Of a stretch of DNA of 60,455 bases, positions 30,656 through 41,191 are shown piece by piece. The notes beneath the pieces were generated by a model. The model saw only the letters and a program-made list of their open reading frames with translations. It searched no databases and was not told where the DNA came from. The translations under genes and the position numbers were made by a program. The number at the start of each line of letters is the position of its first letter. Within the stretch, counting starts at the first letter, position 1. The DNA comes from Bacteroidales bacterium (GTDB lineage: Bacteria > Bacteroidota > Bacteroidia > Bacteroidales > UBA7960): the NCBI GenBank assembly GCA_003552075.1, contig PUOJ01000056.1:1-60455 (forward strand), given 5' to 3'.

Positions 30656-32245
30656 CTATATTACACTGAGGATTTGTGAAAAGATGATCATCAGCACGAT
30701 CGCCAGCGGGTACACGGTAGCATAGCCCACGGAGGCTGCATCGCTCTCGGTTTTGGCGTCGGCCGCGGCCAGGGCCGGTGTGCTGGTCATACTGCCCGAA
30801 ATGACACCAAGCAACGTGGCAAAGTTGATCTTCAGGATTTTGTGTCCAATCAGTGCAGTAGTGGTCATGGGGATGATTGTGATGATCATGCCGGTGTACA
30901 GGATGGTCCAACCATAATCTGTCAGGGCCTCCACGATATGAGCACCGGCATGTGTGCCTACCGTGGCAAGAAACATTAGCAGCCCCAGTTTGCGCAACAG
31001 GTTGTTGGCCCCGCCAGACATGTTCCAGATGATGGGACCGGTTTTCCCGATTTTACTTAATACAATTGCCGAGATCAGCACACCTCCGGTGATGCCCAGC
31101 GAAAACTCAAAAAGACCAAAAAAAGGAAAGTTGATGGCACCCAGTAATACCCCGATGACGATGCCTAAACTGATTGGCAGGAAATTGGTTTCACTGAGGC
31201 GTTTTTCATTGTTGCCAAGCAGCTGCATGACCTTTGGCATGTTTTCATCATCTGCCGCCAGTAAGACCTTATCCCCAAAACGCAACGCGGTATTGCCTCT
31301 TGGAGAGATATCTATGCCGCTGCGCCGGATGCGGGTCACTGTGGCGTTGTATAGTGCAGTCAATCTCAGTGCGTTCAGGCTTTTGTTGACCACGTCCTTG
31401 TTGGTTACAAGGAGCCAGTTGATCTTGTAGCCAGAGGCCTGAGGGATCTTTTCATCGGTCGGTGGTCCGATCATGAGCGCAATCTTCTCCAGGGATTCTT
31501 CCGTGCCAACAACCTTAACCACATCCCCGAGGTAAAGCCGCGCATTTTTGGCAGGAGCATATACCATGTCACCATGTTTTACCCTGCTGATCACCGCATG
31601 GGTCATTGTTCCCACCTCCAGTTCACGGATCGTTTTGCCGTCAATGTTCTTGTTGGCCACCACAAAATTTTTGTCGGTCACGTCCGGATGGTCTTCATGC
31701 AACTGTTCATGATAATTTTCTTCTTCTTTTTTCATGTTCACCCGCATGATGACTGGCAAGAGGTGTATGGTGAGGATGGCAAGAATGGCTCCGGCCGGAT
31801 AAACCACACCATAGCCCACTGATGGTATTGTGGATTCGGATATGTCAATGGCGGCCGCGAGGCCAGAGGTACTCGTGAGTGCACCGTTAAAAATGCCTAC
31901 CGCAAGCAGGGGGTTGATGTCTAACATCCTCCCCAGGGTAAAACTGATCATCGCTGCCAGTCCGACGAGCAACAGGCACACACTTAGAAACTGCCTGCCT
32001 GTCTTCTTAAAGGAATCAAAAAATCCCGGACCAGCCTGGATGCCTACAGTAAAAATGAAAAACATCAAACCGATGGTCTGGAAAGCCTCCGGCACCATGA
32101 TTCCATAGTGCCCCATAATCAGTGCCACAAACACCACAGCTGAAAGGTCCAGCGAAAAGCCTCTGAACCTGACATTGCCAAGCATAATGCCCAATGTGAT
32201 GATCAGGAAAAGCGCAAAATACCCTTCGTATATCAATTCAGTCAT
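30656..32245 (-). CDS. YidE/YbjL-type duplicated transporter (aspartate:alanine exchanger family) with two central TrkA-C/RCK_C domains
   Basis: 529 aa. Two homologous membrane halves flank two soluble RCK_C-like segments (GKTIRELE..., VNKSLNALRL...). Confidence 0.75.
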   Translation of the reverse strand: MTELIYEGYFALFLIITLGIMLGNVRFRGFSLDLSAVVFVALIMGHYGIMVPEAFQTIGLMFFIFTVGIQAGPGFFDSFKKTGRQFLSVCLLLVGLAAMISFTLGRMLDINPLLAVGIFNGALTSTSGLAAAIDISESTIPSVGYGVVYPAGAILAILTIHLLPVIMRVNMKKEEENYHEQLHEDHPDVTDKNFVVANKNIDGKTIRELEVGTMTHAVISRVKHGDMVYAPAKNARLYLGDVVKVVGTEESLEKIALMIGPPTDEKIPQASGYKINWLLVTNKDVVNKSLNALRLTALYNATVTRIRRSGIDISPRGNTALRFGDKVLLAADDENMPKVMQLLGNNEKRLSETNFLPISLGIVIGVLLGAINFPFFGLFEFSLGITGGVLISAIVLSKIGKTGPIIWNMSGGANNLLRKLGLLMFLATVGTHAGAHIVEALTDYGWTILYTGMIITIIPMTTTALIGHKILKINFATLLGVISGSMTSTPALAAADAKTESDAASVGYATVYPLAIVLMIIFSQILSVI

Positions 32246-32399
32246 GCCATTTGATGTTGAAGATTCTTGCCTCTCGCGCAGGCAAAGTGCCTGCTTTATT
32301 GTATCTTTATGTCAAACATCAGCCGCAATTCCATCGTACCGGCTGTTGCAAAGGTAAAGGTTCTTTGGTTCCGTTAAAAACATAATCACAAATTATTTA

Positions 32400-33677
32400 A
32401 TGATGCCAGCACACCCTGCCATTTATGCTCTGCTTGCTCTTGCTGCCTGTAGCCTCTACGGATACAGTGGCTTGAAGAGATTGTTTGCCAAAAGGTCACT
32501 TCGCCCTTACAAAAGGTTGGCAATATTGGTTTTCTGGTTGCTGGATGTGTTTTTTATAATTTTCTCATTGAGTTGGTTATTCTATATCCGCGGAAAAGAT
32601 ATCCCGGATTTCACCCTTTATCGTCTTCATTTTTATTTGGTTGGCGCATACATGCTGGTTTTTTTGCCTAAGCTGCTTTTTGCCCTCTTTGTGTTGATAC
32701 ATGATCTGAAAAACCTTTTAGCTGATTTTTATATCCGTCTGCACCGTTCTGTAACCGCGCCGTCAAAAGCAATCCATGCTTTATTACATTCAAAGATAGT
32801 ATTGGTTGCCGGGGTGTTTGCTGCTGTGATTATCTTTTCCTGGACGCTGTATGGTTTAACTATCGGTCGTCACCAGTTTCAGGTCGAGACAGCCGACTTG
32901 TATTTTGAAGATCTTCCCAGCTCTTTTGATGGATACAGAATTGTTCATTTTTCTGATACCCATCTGGGTAGCTTTCCTCGTAAGCGTCCTGTGATTCAGG
33001 GCCTTGAAATGATCAGCCGGCTTGAAGGGGATGTTGTTTTATTTACTGGTGATCTGATGAATAACCACCCTGATGAAGCAGCACCTTATGTGCGGTATTT
33101 TCGTGCCATTCAGCCTCCTGATGGCAAATTTGCCGTGTTGGGAAATCATGATCTGGGCGATTATCGCACCTGGTCAACGATTGAAGACCCTGAAGCAGAA
33201 GTGCACAAGGTCGAAGAGCTTTATCAGAAGATGGGATTTCAGCTTTTAAGGAATGACCACTTTTTCCTGCAAAGAGCCAATGACTCCATCATGCTGGCCG
33301 GTGTGGATAACTGGGGACTTGATCCATTTACTCAGCATGGTGACCTGAAAAAAGCACTGGGAGACTATGAAGGCTATCCGTTTCAAATTATGTTGTCACA
33401 TGATCCTTCTCACTGGCGTGAAGAAATTATTCCCAAAACGCAGGTTGAGCTTACCCTCAGCGGCCATACACACGCCATGCAAATGGGTATCCAAACACCC
33501 CTTTTAAGCTGGAGTCCTTCTGCGTGGATGTATTCTGAATGGGCTGGTATTTACCGGGAACAGGATCAAAAGATTTACGTGAACAGAGGTTTTGGTTTTC
33601 TGTCACTGCCCGGAAGGATTGGGATGCCCCCTGAAATAACCAAAATCATCCTGCACAGAAAGCATGACGACTTATAA
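32400..33677 (+). CDS. membrane-anchored metallophosphoesterase
   Basis: N-terminal TM helices followed by calcineurin-like motifs HFSDTHLG, GDLMN, GNHD and SGHTH. Confidence 0.82.
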   Translation: MMPAHPAIYALLALAACSLYGYSGLKRLFAKRSLRPYKRLAILVFWLLDVFFIIFSLSWLFYIRGKDIPDFTLYRLHFYLVGAYMLVFLPKLLFALFVLIHDLKNLLADFYIRLHRSVTAPSKAIHALLHSKIVLVAGVFAAVIIFSWTLYGLTIGRHQFQVETADLYFEDLPSSFDGYRIVHFSDTHLGSFPRKRPVIQGLEMISRLEGDVVLFTGDLMNNHPDEAAPYVRYFRAIQPPDGKFAVLGNHDLGDYRTWSTIEDPEAEVHKVEELYQKMGFQLLRNDHFFLQRANDSIMLAGVDNWGLDPFTQHGDLKKALGDYEGYPFQIMLSHDPSHWREEIIPKTQVELTLSGHTHAMQMGIQTPLLSWSPSAWMYSEWAGIYREQDQKIYVNRGFGFLSLPGRIGMPPEITKIILHRKHDDL

Positions 33678-33738
33678 ACCCTTGATTAATCGGTTTTCTA
33701 TAGCCCGATATTTCTCATAAAAACGGAATTTTTGACAT

Positions 33739-35043
33739 ATGTATGCATTGACAATATTCTGGTTCCGCCGTGACCTAAGGATTGAAGACAACAAAGGCCT
33801 GTATTTTGCACTGAAAGAAAGTGAAAGGGTCATTCCGTTATTTGTTTTTGATGATGACATCATTGATGTCCTGCCTGCAGACGACCATCGGGTGTCCTTC
33901 ATCTACGATGCACTTGCGGGGATGAATCGACGGCTTACGCAGATGGGCAGCGGGCTGCATGTGGAAAGGGGCAAGCCCCTGGAGGTGCTGCGGTCAATCT
34001 GTGAGAAACTTCCGGTGCATGCTGTCTACTGCAACAGAGACCATGAGCCGTATGGCATAAAGCGTGACGAGGAAGCAGCCCGGTTTCTGAAAAGCAAAGG
34101 CATTGTCTTCAGGCAATTCACAGACCACCTCATCATGCATGCTGATGAAGTGCTGAAGAAGGATGAAACCCCTTACCATGTATTTACCCCCTACAGCAAG
34201 CGCTGGCTGGAGAAGCTTACGGATGAACACCTGGAAACATATGACACACGCGATATGGAAGCGCATTTTGCTGATGGGAAATATGCCCGTTTCCCCAGCC
34301 GGGAGGAAGTCGGATTGAAAGAGGCTAAGTTGAAAGCACCCGAGTTGAAACTCGACAAGCAGTTGATCAGCTCGTATGACCTGCATCGCGACTACCCGGC
34401 AAGTGAGGGTACCAGCAGGTTGGGCGTGCACCTGCGATTTGGTACCATCAGCACGCGCGAGGTGGTCAGACAAGGGATCAAGTGGAATCAGACTTTTGTG
34501 AATGAGTTGATATGGCGGGAGTTTTATGCCATGATCATGCATCACTATCCGGAGGTGGTGACCCGGTCATTTAAGCCAGCCTACGATCGCATCCAATGGC
34601 GGAATGATGAAAACGACTTTGCCCGGTGGAAAAAGGGCATGACTGGTTTTCCCATGGTAGATGCCGGGATGCGGCAGCTGAGCCAGACAGGGTATATGCA
34701 CAACAGGCTCCGCATGCTCACGGCAAGCTTTCTTAGCAAACATTTGCTGATCGACTGGCGATGGGGCGAGGCCTGGTTTGGGGAAAAGCTTTTCGATTAT
34801 GAGCTTTCCTCCAACAATGGTGGCTGGCAGTGGAGCGCTGGTACCGGTTGCGATGCGGCACCATATTTTCGTATCTTTAACCCGGAAACGCAACAGAAAA
34901 AATTTGACCCGAAAGGAGCGTTTGTGAAGGCATGGATCCCGGAACTGGATACGCTTGATTACCCGGGCCCCATTGTAGATCACCGGGAAGCCAGGGAAAG
35001 ATGCCTGAGGGCTTATCGTGAAGCCCTGGATCAACCGATTTGA
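33739..35043 (+). CDS. phr: deoxyribodipyrimidine photolyase / cryptochrome family protein
   Basis: N-terminal FWFRRDLRIEDN; FAD-binding region TSRLGVHLRFGTIS, WREFY, GYMHNRLRM and NNGGWQW. Confidence 0.88.
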   Translation: MYALTIFWFRRDLRIEDNKGLYFALKESERVIPLFVFDDDIIDVLPADDHRVSFIYDALAGMNRRLTQMGSGLHVERGKPLEVLRSICEKLPVHAVYCNRDHEPYGIKRDEEAARFLKSKGIVFRQFTDHLIMHADEVLKKDETPYHVFTPYSKRWLEKLTDEHLETYDTRDMEAHFADGKYARFPSREEVGLKEAKLKAPELKLDKQLISSYDLHRDYPASEGTSRLGVHLRFGTISTREVVRQGIKWNQTFVNELIWREFYAMIMHHYPEVVTRSFKPAYDRIQWRNDENDFARWKKGMTGFPMVDAGMRQLSQTGYMHNRLRMLTASFLSKHLLIDWRWGEAWFGEKLFDYELSSNNGGWQWSAGTGCDAAPYFRIFNPETQQKKFDPKGAFVKAWIPELDTLDYPGPIVDHREARERCLRAYREALDQPI

Positions 35044-35097
35044 TGCGATCAGGCGATCGAAAGCAATGCATTTACAAATAAAAATGGCTGTTGACAA

Positions 35098-35736
35098 GTG
35101 AAGTTTCATCCTTTTATCCGGCATCTGAGCAATTATGGTTTTGATGATCTTCCGGGCCAGGAGGCGCAATTGGTGATGGCTCCCAGTATCAGGCAGGAGG
35201 AGATCCGAAGCATGGGTACCGGCAACGATCCTGTAAAAAGCGGTGTGATTATTTTGGTTTATCCGGGCAGTGGGAGTGAGGCGCATACCGTTTTCATCCG
35301 ACGCCCGCAATATGATGGGGTACATAGCGGACAGATTGCTTTGCCGGGCGGCAGATACGAAGAGGATGACAACGATATGATGGAAACGGCTCTGCGGGAA
35401 GCAGAGGAGGAAATAGGCATTGCAAGGCAGGATGTGCAAGTAGCCGGGAAACTCACCGACCTGTACATTCCGCCTAGCAATTACCTGGTGAGTCCGTTCA
35501 TAGGAATCATTCCCGACAAGCCGGTGTTTTACCCGGACAACAATGAGGTTGCGCAAATCATTGAAGTACCTCTGCGCATATTCGTTGAGGATACCTACCG
35601 CACCCGGGTTCCCATCACCATGGCTACCGGCGAATGCATGGATACACCCTGCTACCTGGTAGATCATCATACCATCTGGGGAGCTACAGCCATGATCATG
35701 GCCGAGTTTGTGGCAGTGATCCGAAAAATGGTTTAA
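35098..35736 (+). CDS. NUDIX hydrolase, CoA pyrophosphatase-like
   Basis: Nudix box LPGGRYEEDDNDMMETALREAEEEIG; the GTG start at 35098 is consistent with family N-termini (LPG..AQ..MAP). Confidence 0.75.
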   Translation: MKFHPFIRHLSNYGFDDLPGQEAQLVMAPSIRQEEIRSMGTGNDPVKSGVIILVYPGSGSEAHTVFIRRPQYDGVHSGQIALPGGRYEEDDNDMMETALREAEEEIGIARQDVQVAGKLTDLYIPPSNYLVSPFIGIIPDKPVFYPDNNEVAQIIEVPLRIFVEDTYRTRVPITMATGECMDTPCYLVDHHTIWGATAMIMAEFVAVIRKMV

Positions 35737-35740
35737 TGAT

Positions 35741-36808
35741 ATGATGGCTTTTAATAAACACATGGCATGCACATGGCTTCTGCTGCTGCTTTGGTCAGGA
35801 GTTTCAGCTAACTCGTCTGCCCTGGACTCTTTGCTGGCCACAGGCAACGTTTCCCCTGACTATACTGAGATCAAGCTCCATCAATACGACGATAAGGGCC
35901 GTAAAGAAGCTGTCTGGGTTTTTGGACCTGACAGAAGCCTGGAGAAGCGCACCGCATATGATTACGATGCGCGCGGAGAAGAATCGCAACAAATCATATA
36001 CGCTGCGGATGATGAAGTAATCAGCCGCAAAGTCATGCGCTATGATGACCGTGGTCAGTTGATAGATCAGATAGTGTATGATGCCATCGGGCGGGTTTTG
36101 AAGCGCGACGTCTATCGCCACAGAGATAGGAAGCTCGTGGAATGGCAACACTATACTGAACACAACAGGCTTAAATGGATCCGGATTTATGCTTATGACC
36201 AGCAGGGCAATCGCCTGGAAGAGCGGTGGCTGGACTCCTGGGGCGCACTAAGCAGACTTTATGTGTGGGATTATCATGAAACGGGGTTGATGAAAGGCTA
36301 CAATGTTTATGGGCACCGCGGACAGCTTAAGTGGCGGTATGCCTATGGCTATGATGAGCTGGGCAGGCGCATTGCCACACGATGGTACAATGAAGATAAT
36401 GAGCTGCAGTGGGTTCGCACAAACAGTTATGATGAGAATGGTTACATGACCGGGCAAAGCAGATACACTACCTACCGGCGATTATTTTCCCGTCGCAAGG
36501 ACTTTCAGTTGAGGCACCGCAAGGAATTCGGCTATGATAACAGAGGCAACCGCACACGGAAGCGTGTGTTTGATCACAGGGGAAGGGTATTCTGGGATAT
36601 TGAGATGGATTATGATGCACAAAGCAACCTGGTCAGCTATGTGAATTATGACCACCGTGGCCGTGTGGAGTACCGTTATGAGATGGCTTATGATGAGCGT
36701 GGTTTACAAACACATTGGCGATGGTATGAAGGTGATGAAAAACTCATTTGGCAAAGACAGTTTATCTATGACAAACATGGCCGGCTAACTTGGGAAATAT
36801 ACCATTAA
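35741..36808 (+). CDS. secreted YD/RHS-repeat-like protein (repeats only, no toxin or core domain)
   Basis: A signal peptide followed by about 14 units of a roughly 22-aa [YF]D-x-x-G-[RNQ] repeat (YDYDARGE, RYDDRGQ, YAYDQQGN, YGYDELGR, GYDNRGN, NYDHRGR, AYDERGL, IYDKHGR ...). Confidence 0.55.
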   Translation: MMAFNKHMACTWLLLLLWSGVSANSSALDSLLATGNVSPDYTEIKLHQYDDKGRKEAVWVFGPDRSLEKRTAYDYDARGEESQQIIYAADDEVISRKVMRYDDRGQLIDQIVYDAIGRVLKRDVYRHRDRKLVEWQHYTEHNRLKWIRIYAYDQQGNRLEERWLDSWGALSRLYVWDYHETGLMKGYNVYGHRGQLKWRYAYGYDELGRRIATRWYNEDNELQWVRTNSYDENGYMTGQSRYTTYRRLFSRRKDFQLRHRKEFGYDNRGNRTRKRVFDHRGRVFWDIEMDYDAQSNLVSYVNYDHRGRVEYRYEMAYDERGLQTHWRWYEGDEKLIWQRQFIYDKHGRLTWEIYH

Positions 36809-36810
36809 AA

Positions 36811-36841
36811 CAAAAAAGGGAGGATCGTTTTATATCCTCCC
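36811..36841 (-). terminator. rho-independent terminator of the thrS-infC-rpmI-rplT operon; also closes the convergent YD-repeat gene
   Basis: Perfect 8-bp stem GGGAGGAT/ATCCTCCC (36818-25 / 36834-41) with an 8-nt loop. On the minus strand it is followed by TTTTTTG, 27 nt after the rplT stop. Confidence 0.7.
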
Positions 36842-36867
36842 TTCCTGATGTTCATTATGCTTATTGA

Positions 36868-37212
36868 CTATTTGACAGAATCAACAATGGCTTTAAATGC
36901 ATCCGGGTGATTCATGGCCAGATCGGCAAGAACTTTACGGTTGATCCGGATGTCCTTGGCATTTAATTTGCCTATAAATTGAGAATAATTCATATCGTAC
37001 TGTCTGACAGCCGCATTGATACGCTGAATCCAAAGTTTTCTGAATTCCCTTTTCTTGTTGCGTCTGTCGCGGTAGGCATAAAGCAAGCCTTTTTCCCAGG
37101 TATTCTTCGCTACCGTGTACACGTTTTTCCTTGCACCAAAATACCCTTTGGTGAGCTTCAGGATCTTTTTTCTTCTCCGCCTTGCGGCGACTTTGTTAAC
37201 GGCTCTTGGCAT
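36868..37212 (-). CDS. rplT: 50S ribosomal protein L20
   Basis: 114 aa, [26 protein letters not shown]..., canonical L20. Confidence 0.96.
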   Translation of the reverse strand: MPRAVNKVAARRRRKKILKLTKGYFGARKNVYTVAKNTWEKGLLYAYRDRRNKKREFRKLWIQRINAAVRQYDMNYSQFIGKLNAKDIRINRKVLADLAMNHPDAFKAIVDSVK

Positions 37213-37322
37213 AGTTCTGTGTGGTTGTTTGCTAAGCGCTTTCCACCATCACGGGGAAAGACTTTTTTTGCTTAAACAAAGGTTTGAAATAATTTAAGTA
37301 ATGATTTGTGATCGTGTGATAA

Positions 37323-37517
37323 TTACATGGCCAGCATGGACTTGATGTTCTTTTCATCAGCCTTGTGGACATAAGCTGTTTTGGTCAGGTTTCTTTTCCT
37401 TTTCTTATGCTTTTTGGTCAAAATATGACTTTTGTAAGCATGTTTCCGCTTTATGCGGCCGGAAGCGGTAACAGCAAACCGCTTTTTTGCTCCGGATTTG
37501 GTCTTCATTTTAGGCAT
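37323..37517 (-). CDS. rpmI: 50S ribosomal protein L35
   Basis: 64 aa, [14 protein letters not shown]..., canonical L35. Confidence 0.95.
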   Translation of the reverse strand: MPKMKTKSGAKKRFAVTASGRIKRKHAYKSHILTKKHKKRKRNLTKTAYVHKADEKNIKSMLAM

Positions 37518-37554
37518 TCTTCTCGCAATTTACAGGTTTATATCATAATGAACA

Positions 37555-38124
37555 TTAGTTTTTCTTTCCGGGTGCTTTCTTGGGCGAGACAAACATGATC
37601 ATCCGTTTGCCTTCCATTTTGGGCATTTGTTCTACCTTGCCGTATTCCTCAATTTCCTGGGCAAAGCGCAGCAGAATGAGTTCACCCTTCTCTTTGTAAA
37701 TGATGGTACGCCCTTTAAAAAACACGTATACCTTAAGCTTGGCGCCTTCCTGGAGGAATTTGATGGCATGTTTCAACTTAAAGTTAAAGTCGTGTTCATC
37801 CGTGTTGGGTCCAAGCCGGATCTCTTTTACCACAACCTTTGCCGCATTGGCCTTGATCTCTTTTTGTTTCTTTTTCTGCTCATAAAGAAACTTTTTGTAA
37901 TCCATGATCTTGCATACCGGTGGATTTGCCGTAGGAGCAATCTCTACCAGGTCAAGGTTCCGGTCATCGGCCATTTTGATGGCATCTCTGATGGGATAAA
38001 TGTCTGACTCCACATGTTCACCTACCACACGTACAACAGGTGCCGTGATGCGCTGGTTGATGCGGTGCGGGTCTTCTTTCTTTACAAATCGTTTTCTTCC
38101 TCGGGGTCTGAATGGTGTTGCTAT
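37555..38124 (-). CDS. infC: translation initiation factor IF-3 with a non-AUG start (ATA at 38122-38124 proposed)
   Basis: The listed ORF (GTG at 38028) would cut off the conserved N-domain. The frame stays open upstream to the TAA at 38161-63 and encodes ...[20 protein letters not shown]. There is no ATG, GTG or TTG in that stretch. An ATA is preceded by GAGGAGGAAGG 8 nt upstream. Confidence 0.8.
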   Translation of the reverse strand: MATPFRPRGRKRFVKKEDPHRINQRITAPVVRVVGEHVESDIYPIRDAIKMADDRNLDLVEIAPTANPPVCKIMDYKKFLYEQKKKQKEIKANAAKVVVKEIRLGPNTDEHDFNFKLKHAIKFLQEGAKLKVYVFFKGRTIIYKEKGELILLRFAQEIEEYGKVEQMPKMEGKRMIMFVSPKKAPGKKN

Positions 38125-38164
38125 GTTACCTTCCTCCTCTCTTTTGGTTTGTATCTTGATTTAT

Positions 38165-40105
38165 TTAAGCTTCTGGTATGAGCCGTTGGATTTCCTGCTC
38201 AACCAGGTTAACAAACGCTTCAATGTCATAGGTTCCGAGATCGCCTTCTCCGTGTTTACGGACTGAGACGGTTCCTTCGGATTCTTCTTTTTCTCCGACT
38301 ATCAGCATGAATGGGATTTTGCGCGTTTCAGCATCGCGAATTTTCTTTCCCGTTTTTTCACTGCGCTCATCGATTAGCGTGCGAATTTCGTAATTATTCA
38401 GCAAAGTTAAAACTTTTTTTGCATATTCTTCATATTTCTCGCTGATAGGCAATATAATAGCCTGATCGGGAGTGAGCCACAAGGGGAAGTTTCCGGCGCA
38501 ATGTTCGATCATTACCGCCACGAAACGTTCCATGGAGCCAAACGGTGCCCTGTGTATCATCACCGGGCGATGCTTCTGGTTGTCGCTGCCAATGTATTCC
38601 AGCTCAAAACGATCAGGCAGGTTGTAGTCCACCTGGATGGTGCCCAGCTGCCAGCTGCGTCCCAGGGCATCCTTCACCATGAAGTCAAGCTTGGGACCAT
38701 AAAACGCAGCCTCCCCGGTGACAATCTCTGCCTCCAACCCTTTTTCCCTGGTGGCTTCTATGATGGCCTGCTCCGCTTTGTCCCAGTTTTCATTGCTGCC
38801 AATGTATCTGTCCATGTTGTCCGGGTCACGCAAAGAGATCTGTACGCTGTAATCCTGAAAGTCCAGGGCTTTGAAGATAAGCAAGACGATGTCGATCACG
38901 GCAATGAACTCTTCTTTTACCTGGTCGGGACGGCAGAAGATGTGTGCATCATCCTGGGTGAATCCGCGAACACGGGTGAGTCCGTGCAGTTCGCCACTTT
39001 GTTCGTAGCGGTAAACAGTGCCGAATTCAGCGAAGCGGATGGGCAGATCCCTGTAAGAGTATTGCTTGTTTTTGAAAATCTCGCAGTGGTGCGGGCAATT
39101 CATTGGCTTCAGGAAAAACTCTTCTCCTTCTGATGGTGTGGCAATGGGCTGGAACGAGTCTTCGCCATATTTGTCGTAGTGGCCACTGGTTACATACAGG
39201 TTCTTGTTACCAATATGCGGCGAGATCACCGGCTGATATCCGGCTTTTCGCTGTACCCGCTTGAGAAACTTTTCAAGGTTTTCGCGCAACTCAGCACCTT
39301 TGGGAAGCCAAAGCGGTAAGCCCTGACCCACCTTATTGGAAAAGGTGAACAGCTCCAGCTCTCGCCCGATCTTTCTGTGGTCACGTTTTTTTGCTTCTTC
39401 CAGCATCTCCAGGTATTCCTTCAGCATCTTCTGTTTTGGAAAGCTGATGCCATACACCCTGGTGAGCTGTTTCCGGCTTTCATCGCCCCGCCAGTAAGCT
39501 CCGGCAGTGTTCAGGAGCTTTACTGCCTTAATCGGGCTGGTGTCCACCAGGTGCGGGCCACGACACAGATCCGTAAAATTGCCCGACTCATAAAAGCTGA
39601 TGGTGCCGTCTTCCAGGTCGTTGATCAGGTCTACCTTATACTCGTCACCCTTATCCTGGTAATAATGAAGTGCTTCACTCTTTGGGATCTCTTTGCGGAC
39701 AAAAGCTTCCTTGCGGCGCGCAATCTCAAGCATCTTTTGTTCGATCTTGTCAAAGTCATTGCTGGAAATGCTTTTGTCACCCAGGTCGATGTCATAATAA
39801 AAGCCATTCTCCACATCAGGCCCGATGCCAAACTTGGTGCCGGGATACAACTCTTCAATTGCTGCTGCCATGATGTGCGCAGATGAGTGCCACATCGTAG
39901 CGCGGCCTTCCTTGTCATCCCATGTGTTTAACTTAATCCTGGCATCTTCATAGATCGGCCTGTCCAGATCCCACACTTCGCCGTTGACCGTGACAGACAA
40001 TACCTGGCGAGCGAGGCCCTCTGAAATGCTTTTGGCAATATCAAGTCCGGTCGCCCCTTCCGGAAATTCCTTAACAGACTGATCTGGCAGTGTAATGCGT
40101 ATCAT
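38165..40105 (-). CDS. thrS: threonine--tRNA ligase
   Basis: TGS-domain start [14 protein letters not shown] at 40105, editing-domain motif, class II motifs and a C-terminal anticodon-binding domain. Confidence 0.95.
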   Translation of the reverse strand: MIRITLPDQSVKEFPEGATGLDIAKSISEGLARQVLSVTVNGEVWDLDRPIYEDARIKLNTWDDKEGRATMWHSSAHIMAAAIEELYPGTKFGIGPDVENGFYYDIDLGDKSISSNDFDKIEQKMLEIARRKEAFVRKEIPKSEALHYYQDKGDEYKVDLINDLEDGTISFYESGNFTDLCRGPHLVDTSPIKAVKLLNTAGAYWRGDESRKQLTRVYGISFPKQKMLKEYLEMLEEAKKRDHRKIGRELELFTFSNKVGQGLPLWLPKGAELRENLEKFLKRVQRKAGYQPVISPHIGNKNLYVTSGHYDKYGEDSFQPIATPSEGEEFFLKPMNCPHHCEIFKNKQYSYRDLPIRFAEFGTVYRYEQSGELHGLTRVRGFTQDDAHIFCRPDQVKEEFIAVIDIVLLIFKALDFQDYSVQISLRDPDNMDRYIGSNENWDKAEQAIIEATREKGLEAEIVTGEAAFYGPKLDFMVKDALGRSWQLGTIQVDYNLPDRFELEYIGSDNQKHRPVMIHRAPFGSMERFVAVMIEHCAGNFPLWLTPDQAIILPISEKYEEYAKKVLTLLNNYEIRTLIDERSEKTGKKIRDAETRKIPFMLIVGEKEESEGTVSVRKHGEGDLGTYDIEAFVNLVEQEIQRLIPEA

Positions 40106-40260
40106 CAAAATCAAAATTGCTGGCTGCCTGCGCGCGATGTGTGGCTGCGCACTTGCAGACAATCATTTAACAAAGGTGCAAAGGTACAAAAAAATCTCAC
40201 CCCCGTGTAACAGCAGATGAAGGTGTTAAGTTCAGCAGGCAAGCTTGGTTTTTCGATGTG

Positions 40261-41037
40261 TTAATGGTGCATCCGCCTAATCAGTCGCAATGGATGGGAG
40301 TATTTTCCGGAAAGGGGATTGAAGATCCCCTGGTGGTCGATCATGTCTATGCGCACACTGCCGTGTGCATGGATCACACGGGCATCAGGCAACAATATGC
40401 CCACGTGGTTGATGTTTTCCTCTGCATCATCAAAAAAAACAAGATCGCCAGGCCGGGCTTCGTGGATGAGGTGGACAGGCTCGCCCTGGTTCGCCTGGAC
40501 GGAGGCATCCCGTGGAAGCGGGATGCCAGCCATCTTAAAAACGACCTGTACAAAACCAGAGCAGTCGAATCCAAAGGCTGAGCGGCCACCCCAGAGATAA
40601 GGAGTCTGTAGAAATTCCCGGGAAAAATCGGTGACCTGCCCGGGTTTTACATCTTTTGGGCGGATACTGCTGTCATCAAAAGTAAAGGTTTTTGATCCCA
40701 CTGCCATCTGATTGCCTTGCAGATACAGCGTACTTCCACCGCTGATCAGGAAGGACTCCCCGGTAGCTGCATCCGTGATCTGGCTGAATCTGGATTTACA
40801 GCAATGCTTGTCTACGCTTTCCAGCTGCTCAAATTGCGTTTCATCCAGAAGTGTTACCTGGTTGTTGGCGATCCAGCCCTGGTAGTGGTCATGGCTTAGC
40901 TCGACATGATACCAGTTGGTGCTGTGCTCAAGGATATAAAAACGCTCTCCAAAAAGAAGCTGGGACACCATCTCGCTTTTATGATCAGGGTGCATGCGCA
41001 GCGCTGCAGCTGCAATAAGACATATGCCGTGTTTCAT
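40261..41037 (-). CDS. C40 (NlpC/P60) family peptidase with an N-terminal SH3b-like domain
   Basis: Catalytic Cys context GFDCSGFVQVVF and His context INHVGILL. N-terminus MKHGICL...SEMVSQLLFGE is typical of this family, so I prefer the Met at 41037. Confidence 0.8.
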   Translation of the reverse strand: MKHGICLIAAAALRMHPDHKSEMVSQLLFGERFYILEHSTNWYHVELSHDHYQGWIANNQVTLLDETQFEQLESVDKHCCKSRFSQITDAATGESFLISGGSTLYLQGNQMAVGSKTFTFDDSSIRPKDVKPGQVTDFSREFLQTPYLWGGRSAFGFDCSGFVQVVFKMAGIPLPRDASVQANQGEPVHLIHEARPGDLVFFDDAEENINHVGILLPDARVIHAHGSVRIDMIDHQGIFNPLSGKYSHPLRLIRRMHH

Positions 41038-41191
41038 GTGTTTATAATTTTTATATTTCGGGCACATGGAACTCGCCATTACATAATCATTCTCGTGTGT
41101 GTCAATAGATTGGCATGGCTCGTTTCATATGTTTATATTTTTTCAACTAGTTGGCTATCTGGCGTTTGTGTTTTCATACGAAATGCAGTTT

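Noticed and set aside
34567-35847. A 426-aa minus-strand ORF spanning the photolyase 3' end, the NUDIX gene and the start of the YD-repeat gene.
   Set aside because: It is antisense to three well-supported genes and crosses their intergenic gaps. The translation is low-complexity with no recognisable motifs. The sense-strand products have clear family signatures. I treat it as a chance open frame.
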